From Geosiphon pyriformis uo1 (lineage: Eukaryota; Fungi; Glomeromycota), in the NCBI GenBank assembly GCA_016748015.1, contig JAAOMT010000630.1, forward strand, positions 1 to 64,000: a stretch of 64,000 nt of DNA, given 5' to 3'. Shown piece after piece: positions 14,259-25,439 of this stretch (position 1 is its first letter; every line of letters begins with the position of its first letter). Made by a program: the position numbers and the translations under genes. Under the pieces are notes generated by a model that was not told the DNA's origin, searched no databases, and saw only the letters and a program-made list of their open reading frames with translations.

Positions 14259-15368
14259 CCAGTTAACAAGCTGGTATTTCCCTCTATAGCTTCAATGTTT
14301 GGTGCTACTAGTATTTTCTCTTCAAAAAAAATGGTCAGAAAGACCAAGAGTTCAGAAAAGTGAGGGCAGTCACTTGCCTCTGCTATTGTTACACCGAATT
14401 TTTTTGTGATTCCAAATGAGATCTCAGATAAAATCTCTGTTGTATCATCTGGCACATTATCTAAGATGGACCAAGATCAACTATTGGTTATATTGCCAAA
14501 TATGGTGTCTTCTGACAGATCATCACTGGTTTTAGAAGCAAAACAATTATTTCCTGTTGGATTACTTGTTCTTGGGAACTGGGCTGATTAAATGGAAACT
14601 GAATCATCTTCTCTTCTGGTTTCTGGTGCTGCTGCTAGTGATGCTTGGGAAACTATTGCTAGTTTTCAAAGGTTTGTTGGATGAATGGCCTTTATTTTGA
14701 TGTTTGATGCTACTTTTAAGATCAAATTGGCTCATGTTAAGGCTGTTTTTCAGTTTGTACATGGTTTTTTGGGTGCAAAATTAGTATTGACAGACAATAT
14801 GAAGCTGTTTTATGTGGAGTTTGCTTCTTAAGTGTCTTTAGAGACTGCATTTTTGGTTGAACTTATAAGCTCTGTATGTTTGGTCATCCTCAAAATTGCC
14901 AAGTTCTTGGTAATTCTTGAGTCTGGCTCTCCTTCTGCTACTGTTGTACTGCATAATATGCCTTTGCTGTTAACATTAAGGCAGCTCTCAGTGTTTTTGG
15001 TGTGATTACTTGTGTTGTATTGAAGCCTGTTGGCATTTGGCAGTATGTTGTAATCTATTTTGAAAATTTGGTTGCTGCCACATCTGCTTTCAATTACTGG
15101 TCAGTTTTGGTGGGCAAAAATAGTGTTCAGATTCTTTCTCTTGTGAATCAACAAAAAACAATTGTGTTTCATGATAAGTTTAAGACCAAGTTAGTTAACC
15201 TTCTTTTTGACTGCACTGCTTTTAAAATCAGTGATATGGTTTCTCAAGTTGGTGGTCAAACTTGTTTTATTCCTTGGTCTCCTGATTTTGGTCATCATTT
15301 TTGTTTTGCTCTGATTACATTTGACTTTTAAGCTGATTTGGACTTTGCTGTTATCAAAACTAATATAT
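14259..15368 (+). mobile_element. ORF1-only non-LTR element L1, middle segment (cut by B on the left and C on the right)
   Basis: Collinear with L2 (~26633-27750): KIKLAHVKAVFQ, GIWQYVV, FALITF (RRM-like segments). Confidence 0.8.
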
Positions 15369-16216
15369 TGTTACTTATAGAATATAGGAAAATATAGTAT
15401 TATTAGTTAGTAGATATTAGCCAATCAGAAGTAGACGTAGTAAATATGGAATTCTAGGATTCCTCTTAGAGGAATTGCAGGATTCCAGGAATTTCAGGAT
15501 TCCCTGATGAGGAATTGCAGGATTCCAGAATTCCAGGATTCCTCTCATCAGAAATCGCAGGATTCCAGAAATTTCAGGATTCCTATTGCAAGGAATTGAG
15601 GAATTGAGGAATCTTAAATATGTATATATAGCAGTAGTATTAGAAACAGAAAAGACAGAATCGATACCACAGAATCCTTAGCCTAGAAACACAATCATTA
15701 AATAAATAATTATTTCATATCTTAATCCACTCTTCACTATCAACACTTCATGTTGATAGTAATTGATACTTAACCACACTAGAACAATAGCTCTTGATTA
15801 TGGCTATTGATGAGATACTAATCTGCAAATCGCCTTGGCTTATTTTTTTAGATTTCTTTATTTTCTTTATTTTCTGTGATTTTGTTATTGTGCACTAACC
15901 AATTGATTGAAAGCACTGATTACTGATGTCAAGGATTGCCTGGTGAAAGACCCCTGCGAGAGGGTAGGACATGTACAGAAGATACGAATTACTTACCAGA
16001 GGATTGCCGGCCACCAAGCCGAGAAAAAAATTAACAGACTTGTGAGTTTGGGAAGCTATGGATAAAACAACTATTAAATCTCTGTCCATTATACAAAAAA
16101 CTTCATCAAAATTTTCAGATACAACACTTTCAGAACATCATTAATGGAAATAGCTTTTGAGCACCAAGTTATGAGTTTGTTATTTGATTTGAGACTCCAA
16201 ATAATTAATTGTAATA
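15369..16216 (+). repeat. 5' LTR of C (848 bp)
   Basis: TGTTAC...TGTAATA; direct repeat of 24633-25439. Confidence 0.95.
15449..15611 (+). repeat. ~40-bp GGATTCC/GGAATT tandem array in U3 of the C LTR (also ~6872-7033 and ~24712-24835)
   Basis: Repeated GGATTCCAGAATTCCAGGATTCC-like units directly upstream of the TATA box. Confidence 0.85.
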
Positions 16217-16218
16217 TT

Positions 16219-16236
16219 TGGTGCTCCCTGTGAGGT
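16219..16236 (+). other. Primer binding site of C
   Basis: TGGTGCTCCCTGTGAGGT, 2 nt after the LTR; complementary to a tRNA 3' end ...CCUCACAGGGAGCACCA. Confidence 0.88.
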
Positions 16237-16278
16237 ATAATTCTACAGAAAACCAGCACCGACAACATCAAACCAAAA

Positions 16279-19200
16279 GTGGCAGAATCAGAAAACATAG
16301 GAGCAAACCATTTAGGATTCGCAAAATCCCTATTTCAATACTATTGTCAACACTTGGAATTAAACCACAATCATATATCCACCGAATCAGCCTTTAATTT
16401 CTACATCAACAAAAAGATTTCCTCTTTGTTAGGAACATCAGTGAATACTGAATCAGCCAGAGAAACTTTCTACAGAGAATTAATTCAAAATACCAACCTG
16501 CCAACAAATCACAATTTTGCCTCCATCATTACTGAGATCAACAAAGAAATTGAACATCACATCTAACAAAGATATCCAATTACTTATGCCAGTAAAGGCA
16601 AAGGAAAACTACAAATACCAGCGGTAACACCCAAAAAAATACAACCATCCACTTGGAAGAAAACAAGAGTTGAATTACCAACTGCCCCATCCTATTACTA
16701 CACACTGGAAAGGACCATCAATATAATATCAGCAAGTATGTTCACATCAAATGTGATATCAACATTTGAACGATTCCCATTCCAAAGTAAACAAAGAAAA
16801 ACAGATCTATTAGGACCATACAGCGAATATTTTAAGGGATTTAAATTGCGATCATCAACCCCATCAGGAATTTGATTACTGCCGCCTCAACTGGACTTTG
16901 AAACCACTACCCCATGAGAACTATCTGAAGAAGAAGAGGAAGAAGAATCAGAAGATCAAGAATTTACTTACCAAAACCCGATCACTGAAAACTCGGAAGT
17001 TGAAACCCCGAATCTTTAAGCTCAGCAAAATCTAAATCTAGAAAATTCAGAAATTGAAACTCCAAATCATCAAAGACAGAACAATCTAAACTCCAAATTA
17101 TTTAATCAGCAAAACTTACCTCTAGTAATCATTATTGATCAACTGCTGATTAATCCAGTAGCCAAACCCATACAACAGCCATTTCAACTACCACCCCAAC
17201 AACCAGTACAATAACAACCGCTTCAACAGCCACCACAACAACCCAACTTAGATCCAATGGCCTATGCACCAATCACAAAACTTGACAACTTTACCGGTAA
17301 AGAAGACAACATGCAAGTATGGCTGAATGACATAGAGAAAGCCATCACTGTGAATGGATGGAATGATGCCCAAGCACTTTAAGCCATTCCATACTTTCTA
17401 AGGGACACCATGGATGCATGGTATCAAAGTCTAGCTGTCAAACCCAAACCTTTAACAACTTCAAAACAGAATTTGTAAGATATTTCAGCAATAATAATAG
17501 GATCAACAAGTTAGCCAACCTCTTCACTACCATCAAACAAGGAGATACTGAAGCAGTCACCACTTACTTGGAACACTTCTATAGAAACTTGCACCAAATC
17601 CAAGCAATTCAAGCTGACTATTTTACAGCACCACAGATTTTGAACCAATTTATTAGAGGTTTGCACAGTAACCTTCTCCAGTGAGTACACCCAATATATT
17701 CAATTGACCTCCCTACCACAGTTACATACACCAGAGATTTTGAAGCAGCTGAGTTAGAAGCCAACCACGCCCAAGCAGTAAACCTAGTAATGAATAGATT
17801 ATTTGAATTGGATTCCAAATTAAAACAATTCAGTGAGTCAATTAATCAGAAATTAGAGAAATACTTAGCTGACAATTGTGCCATATATCAACCATCACAA
17901 TGATGCAATAATTCAGAAAACATGAATCATTTCCAAAATCAATCATGTTTATTATCCTTAACAGCATCTAGTCCGCTGTGGCAGCCAGAAACACGTGTCT
18001 ACCACAACTGTGGTAAACATGGCCATATTCGAGTTAATTGCCATACTTATAGCAACCAATGATTGGGAAATCAATACAGAAACCCTGATCACCAGTTCCA
18101 AACTCTGAATCATTATTCAAATCAAGATCAAAACCAATATCAAAATACTTACCTGCCAATAATGCAGCAACCAATCTATTAACCTCCAGTTTATCAACTG
18201 CAGCCACCAGCAATTTATCAACAGCAGCCTCCAGTAATTTATCAGCCACAGCCCCAAATAATTTATCAGTTTCAACCATTAATCCAAACACCACTTCAAA
18301 ACTCAGCTACAATGACATTAGGAAACCTGAGACCCAGAATTGCTCAAAATTGGAGATCAGCAATGGTTGTTTATCAATTGATCTCTAGCTCCTCTCACCA
18401 AAGCTCAGGATTCCGTTCTCGGAATTCGGGTACAGGCACCACCCAAAACCCAAATTTCCAAAACTATTTAAGTCTTCTGGTTACTCCAGAAAATGCCACA
18501 CCCAACAACCAGGAACTCGAACAAACACCTACCAGCAACATCCCACCTGCTACAATCACGGAAGACGAATTTCTGGACACCATTTTTCCATTCGAACTCA
18601 AGAAACTGTTAACCATATCATTATTTAGTGGAGTTGCACTGGAAGAAAAGCCAATTACTGCCATGTACACTAATGTGAAAATTGATGGCCATCTCATCAA
18701 ACTAATTCTTAACAGTGGTTCAGCAGACAGCATTATTACATGACAACTCATAGATCAATTAGGTCGCTGAGTTGATCGAGCTGCTAGCGCCAGAATCATC
18801 ATGGCTGATGGAGCAATCAAGACTCCAATCGGCAAAATTGATAACTTACCAATTGAAATTAATGGCATCATAGTACCAATCAAAGTACTTATCATGGAAG
18901 CCATCCAATACCAAGCTTTAGTTGGTAATAACTGGCTGTCCAAGATAAATGCCACTCTGAACTGGAATACACAAGAGCTTCAATTCAGCCAGAATGGGTA
19001 ACACACGTGAGTACCAGCAATGTGTGGCCACTTCAAGGCTACCAACACCACGGCACCACTAATCAACTTTGAGAAAGAGAAACCAAAACCTATCTGGAAA
19101 GCCTACCAAGTATCGTGAGTTGAAAAAGAGCACAATGAGCTGTCACCAATACTCTCTTGGGACGACAATGGGAAAGGAAAGCAAACAAACAAACTTACCT

Positions 19201-22200
19201 GGGAAACCGACAATCTGACTTGGACCAACAATGAACAAAAAAAAGCTTTAAGTTGAAAATGGAACAAAGATAAGGGAAAAGAAAAAGAAAAGGAAGAAGG
19301 AACGCCACCAACTGCTGCTATTTATAATTCCTACAGCCACCACACTCCACAACAATCCAATTATCGATGGCCAAGGCTTGTATGCATCGATTGCAGCAAG
19401 AAACTGTCATCAATGAGCATATGCTGTGGTAACAATGAGGAATACCACACCACAACAAAGTTCTACTGTCATCCATACTTATTCAAATGCTTTGGATGAC
19501 CAAAGAAGCAAGGAAAATGGGATAACCAATCTTGTTTCACTTGTGGGGAGACTCTGCTAGATGAAGGGATGTGAAATGACATCCCAAGATGTGAAGAAAC
19601 ATGCGATGTGTCATGTCAATACACAATTTTAATAAGTGACTGGGTAAAAAAAGGAACTCCAATAGAAGCAGCTTAGAGAAAAACCGTACAGTAACTGGAC
19701 AGTTGTCCACATAACAACGACAAAATTTAGAGAATGGCAATCATCAAAATAGAAGGAGCAACACTCAAAGAGATTAGAGAAATCAAGAACAATCTCCCAG
19801 AGCCCATAGAACTTAACTGGAACCCAGAACCAGTCATAAATTTTTTAGATCTGGAGCAATTCCATGAACATTACCAGGAATTAGCACCCACAAGGGAGGA
19901 ACAGAAGCAATGCTTGGAAGAAATAAACACCAGATTATGTGATCACTGTTTAATTCCATGTGACTTCCAATATTGTGATGAGTGTGACTTCATCTACAAT
20001 CTACTACTACGCATGATTTACACGATCCCTGAGGAAGAGGAACCAATCAACAGCTGTGCATCGAAATCGGAATTAGTTTACAATCCTAATTCAAACTCCA
20101 ACAATGACGACAATGAAAACACCAGTTCCAGCTTCGCACAATGTGGCAATAAAAATATCAATAATTCAGACTCCAATCCTAACTACAAACAATACATTGC
20201 CCTACCAGACCTCTCCAAAGAACAGGAGTTGAAATGGTACAGTGACAATGACAAAGACATCATGCCAGAATGAGCACATGATACTGATGCAGGGTTTGAT
20301 CTGAGATATTCTGGAAAAGATGTTATCAAATTGGAACCACATTCATGCATCTGTATTGATCTGAAAATAGTGCTGGAAATCCCAGCAACAACAATGGTTC
20401 AACTAGCATCTTGGAGTAGTTTAGCAAAAAGAGGGATTAATATAAGAGGAAGAATAATTGATGCAGGATATGTAGGAAATATTATTGCTATGCTACAAAA
20501 TAACTCAAAAAAGGCCTATATAATAGAGCCAAACAAAAAGATAGCACAGGCAATATTCTTACTATTGGTTAAGATAGCTCAGTTAGTACTAGTGGGAAAT
20601 AGAAAAGAGTTAGGAATAACAGCAAAAGAGATACAGGGATTTGGGTCAACGGGTAGAATAGATGTACCAGTTAATATGGCGGAGGAAAAAATTGTTGGCC
20701 AAAGAGAAATTATCTCAACCAGTCAAGCTATTTCCATTCCACCATATAGTCAGTACATGTTAGCAATAGAAAGGAAGAAAAAGAAACAAGAACAGATTTT
20801 TGAAGCTGAAGCAAACCTTTGTGAATCAGGAGAGATTGGGCTGATCAATCTTTACATACCAGCCAAAAGCTATAGCCACATAAAAATTTCCATCTACAAC
20901 AACACTGGCAATGTCATCAACATACCAGAAAAAACCACCATCGGATATTTAACCACAGAAATAGAAAACCAACCACCAAACCCCATTTCAGACTTTCCAC
21001 AACTTTGTGGATATGTTGACATTACATTACAAACAATCTATGAACGAGACAAATGTTATTTGCTCCAACCAGAACAATTGGAACAAATGAACATGGGAAA
21101 CTTAGATCCACTCCAACATATGCAGCTCAAGATGTTGCTCAACAATTTCAATAACATCTTTGCCAGCAAAAATGAGTTTGGCCGAACTGACATCATCCAG
21201 CATCAGATCAAAACTGAAAATACAATGCCAATCAAACAAAGAGCATACAGAGTGCCACCAGCCAGCCACAAGATCATTTGTCAAGAGATAAACCAAATGC
21301 TTGACAATAGGCTAATTCAATCATTAATAAGCCTATGGTCATTACCAGTAATACTTGTCCATAAAAAAAATAGGAAAATCCAATTTTGTGTGAACTACAG
21401 GAAACTCAACAGTGTAACTTGTGGAGACAGCTATCCAACTTTATGAATACAAGAATTATTTGACACTTTTGGTGGAAACAAATAATTCTCAACATTAGAC
21501 TTGGATAGTGGTTATTGACAAGTAATCATGAATCCAGCTGACAAAGAGAAGACAGCATTCACCACTAGAGAAGGGAATTTCGAATTTGAAGTGATGCCAT
21601 TTGGCTTAACCAATGCTCCAGCCACTTTTCAATGGCTAATGAAAATTGTTTATACTAGCTTATTGTAGAAATCAGTAGTTGTATACTTGGACAACACCAA
21701 TGTATTCTCAAAAACGTTTGATGATCATTTTCATCATCTTCAACAAGTGTTCGAAAGACTAAGAAGAGCAGGACTAAAGTTAAATGCAACAAAGTACTTC
21801 TTCAGCAAGACAGAACTAAAATTCTTAGAACACATAGTCAGCAAAGACAGCATCAAAATAGATCCAGAGAAAATAGAGATAGTAAAGAACTTTCCAGTGC
21901 TGACTAATATGACAGAACTGAAATCATTCTTGGGATTTGCCAACTACTATCGACGTTTTATCAAGAACTTTTTCAAGATAGCGCAGCCATTCAACCAACT
22001 GCAAAACAAAAATACAAAATATAAATGGACAGAAAGTCAACAAGAAGCTTTTAATATTCTAAAAAAAAAGCTCATCCAAGCTCCAGTACTGATCTATCCA
22101 GATCACAGCAAACCATTCATCATCACCACTGATGCATCTGGCCAAGCATTGGGAGCAGTACTATCTCAGAGAAGACCAGACAGCAGAGAACATCCAGTAG

Positions 22201-22487
22201 CATATACCAGCCGAGATCTAACACCAGCCAAAAAGAACTATGGAACACCAGAACAAGAACACTTAGCAATCTATTGGGCAGTTATAAAGTGGAACGAATA
22301 CTTGAACCAAAAGTTTGATATATACATGAATCATAAAGAATTAATATCACTTCAAAAGCAAGAATGTAATGATGGCCACCAATTCAGATGGAAAATGGCA
22401 CTCTCACAATATATTTATACTATACACTATAAGAAAGGAAAAGACAATAGAAATGCTGATGGTTTGTCACAAATAAGACAAATCTAA
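16279..22487 (+). pseudogene. Element C gag-pol (Gag, CCHC, PR, Cys-rich region, dUTPase, RT, RNase H)
   Basis: MAYAPITKLDNF; (Y)HNCGKHGHIRVNC at ~18000; LILNSGSADSII; YLDN(D); ITTDAS; NADGLSQ. Gag and PR lie in one frame; scattered stops. Confidence 0.92.
20274..20654 (+). pseudogene. dUTPase domain of element C
   Basis: DAGFDLRY / ASWSSLA / IIDAGYVGNI / KIAQAIF / QGFGSTG: all five trimeric dUTPase motifs in order. Confidence 0.92.
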
Positions 22488-22552
22488 AAACATTTCAAAA
22501 CCCCAAAATATAACAAAAACCAGAACAATACCAACAAAAAATACAACAAAAG

Positions 22553-23935
22553 ATGAACATACAAAAATATCAACAACTTCAATATTATATAACCACTCAA
22601 CAATTCAAAAAAAATTTATTTCAAACGGAACGAAAGAGTATCAAACAACAATCAAAATATTTTATCACTCACCAAAATATACTTTATTGGAAAAATAGAA
22701 GAGATCCAGATCAACCAACCAGAGTAATTACAGAGCCAGAAAAAGAGACCATATTATTCAACATGCACTCAAATTCAACAGCAGGACATTTTTACAAAGA
22801 AACAACCATAGAAAAAACCAGAAAGAAATACTATTGGCCATCAATGTACCCAAACATCATTCAATATGTTCAAAATTGTGATACTTGTCAGCAAAGAGGA
22901 GGAACAAGACCCAGTAAACCATTAAGACCAATCAAAGTGGAACAACCATTCGACCGTATTGGAATTGATTTAGTCGGACCATTAACAATTACCAGCAGAG
23001 GAAACAAATACATAGCAGTAGCTATAGATTATCTCACTAAATGGCCAGAGGCGAAAGCAATTCAAAGAGCAGATGCAGAATCCATTGTCGAATTCATTCA
23101 TCAGGATTTGATTTGTCAACATGGATGTCCAAAAGAATTATTATCAGACCAAGGAACTCATTTTGTGAACAAAACATTAACAGAATTGAGCCAAAGATTC
23201 GGAATTAAGAGACCATTATCATTATCATACCATCCACAAACCAACAGATTAGTTGAAAAATTCAACAGAACATTGTGTGAAGCAATAGCTAAGCTCAGCC
23301 AAGAAAACCAGAACAATTGGGATTTGTTCATATCATCAGTACTATTTGCTTATTGAACAATGAAACAAGATACTACACAAGCAATACCATTTGAATTAGT
23401 GTATGGGAGAACAGCAACGTTACTAGTAGAAAGAGAAATTAATACATATCCAACTGAACCAATAACAGAAGAAAATTTTTAAGAAACATTGCTAAGAAGA
23501 ACATATGACTTAATGGAAACATTGGAAAACAAATAAAGAAAAGCAGCTGATAATATTCAAAAGTCACAAGAAAAACAGAAAAAAAAACATGATAGTCAAC
23601 TATCAGACAAACCAGTTGAATTCAAGATTAGAGACAAAGTATTACTACATCATACCAAAGTGGAAAAACAATGGAGTGGAAAATTCGACCCCAAATGGGA
23701 TGGATCATTTCACATAGAAGAAATTCTAGGAAATAGAGCTTACAAATTAAGACTGGACAACAGAATCTTAGCCAAAGCAGCACATGGTAATTGACTGAAA
23801 TCATATTACCAGATAGCATCAGCATCTACCAATAATATTTCACAATTGGGAGTACAAAGAATACTAGTCCAACCAGATGAGATTCTATGAGATCTGGAAC
23901 CAATAATTATCATCGACAACAACACATCCAATTGA
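22553..23935 (+). pseudogene. Element C integrase (separate ORF)
   Basis: MH..AGH..CDTC zinc finger, IGIDLVGP, SDQGTHF, HPQTNRLVEKFN, GPY/F-like module; no chromodomain seen. Confidence 0.92.
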
Positions 23936-23959
23936 TCGACAAAAGAATATATAAAAAAC

Positions 23960-24619
23960 ATGGTTGACACAACAGAAGAGATCAGAAAAATGGAAATTAT
24001 GGACAATATCTATTCATTAGCCCAACAAATTTTTCAATTAATCCAACACCAGGAAATAGAAATTACAATCAATCAACAAACCATTCGTTACAAAAATATG
24101 GCAAAGATACCACAACACAAAGTACAAAAAAGACTTGAAAATGTTGTTGACAAGATCATGACCAAGATAAAAGTGGCCATAAAAGAACAACAAATAGTTG
24201 GACTATACCAAAAACTTACTAGAGAAAATTGGACTTGGTGAATGCAAAAATTTTTGAAAAACTATTGCCATTTCCACTTGGGACAACACGTAAATATACA
24301 GAATTTGTACACTGACAAAACAAAACAAATATTCGACACAACAATATTGAGACAACTGAAACAATTTGTGGGAAAGAACAATCTAACTACACAAGCTTGA
24401 GCTATTTACCAGCTATATATGGGATTTCAAAACTGACCAGAAATCTTACTCAACACAGCAATAAACACAGTTACAAGTAATCAATTGGGAAAAATGACCA
24501 ATGCCAAATTTGAAGAATTACAAATTCAAATAACACAAGTAATACTCAAAAAAAAAGTTCAAAAAATAATTCAAGAAGGAGAATTAAAGGAATTAAATTT
24601 CAATGGAGCTCAATATTAA
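23960..24619 (+). pseudogene. Element C ORF3 (~220 aa, unknown function)
   Basis: ATG at 23960; readable through TGG>TGA and CGA>TGA stops up to the PPT; homologous to A ORF3. Confidence 0.75.
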
Positions 24620-24632
24620 AAGGAGGGAATAA

Positions 24633-25439
24633 TGTTACTCATAGAATATAGGAAAATATAGTATTATTAGTCAGTAGATATTAACCAATCAGAGGTAGAC
24701 ATAGTAAATATGGAATTCCAGGATTTCTCTCAGAGGAATTGCAGGATTCCAGGAATTTCAGGATTTCCTGATGAGGAATCACAAGATTCCAGAATTCCAG
24801 GATTCCTGTCACAAGGAATTGAGAAATTGAGAAATCTCAAATATGTATATATAGCAGTAATGTTAGAAACAAAAAAGACAGAATCAATACCACAGAATCC
24901 TTAGCCTAGAAACACAATCATCAAATAAATAATTATTTCATATCTCAATCCATTCTCCACTATCAACACTTCATGTTGATAGTAATTGATACTTAACCAT
25001 GCTGGAACAATAGCTCTTGATCACAGCTATTGATGAGATACTAATTTGCAAATCGCCTTGGCTTATTTCTTTAGATTTCTTTATTTTCTTTATTTTCTGT
25101 GATTTTGTTATTGTGCACTAACCAATTGATTGAAAGCACTGATTACTGATGTCAAGAATTGCCTGGTAAAAGACTTCTGTGAGAGAGTAGGACACATACA
25201 GAAGATACGGATTACTTACCAGAGAATTGCTGGCCACCAAGCCGAGAAAAAAATTGACAGACTTGCGAATCTGGGAAGCTACGGATAAAACAACTATTGA
25301 AGCTTTGTCCATTATACAAAAGACTTCATCAAAACCTTCAGATACAACACTTTCAGAACATCATTAACAGAAATAGCTTTTGAACACCAAGTTACAAGTT
25401 TGTTATTTAATTTGAGACCCCAAATAATCAATTGTAACA
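24633..25439 (+). repeat. 3' LTR of C (807 bp)
   Basis: TGTTACTCA...TGTAACA directly after the PPT. Confidence 0.95.

Larger units (their letters stand above)
15369..25439 (+). mobile_element. Full-length Ty3/Gypsy element C (~10.07 kb) with dUTPase
   Basis: Paired LTRs, PBS, PPT (AAAAGGAGGGAA ~24618-24629). 4-bp TSD ACAT (25440-25443; left copy ATAT 15365-15368) in the L1 ORF. Confidence 0.95.

Noticed and set aside
15449-15611. Regularly spaced palindromic repeats as a CRISPR array (also 154-246 and 43425-43544)
   Set aside because: No unique spacers and no cas genes; eukaryotic context; they lie in LTR U3 regions.
15895-16089. Antisense ORF repeated at 25118-25312 as a duplicated gene
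   Set aside because: It recurs only because the two LTRs of C are copies; no coding signature.
23700-23935. Chromodomain at the integrase C-terminus
   Set aside because: Only a GPY/F-like module and a short tail are present; no YLVKW-type motif.
23960-24619. ORF3 as a retroviral Env
   Set aside because: Too short, with no signal peptide, transmembrane segment or clear furin-fusion peptide arrangement.
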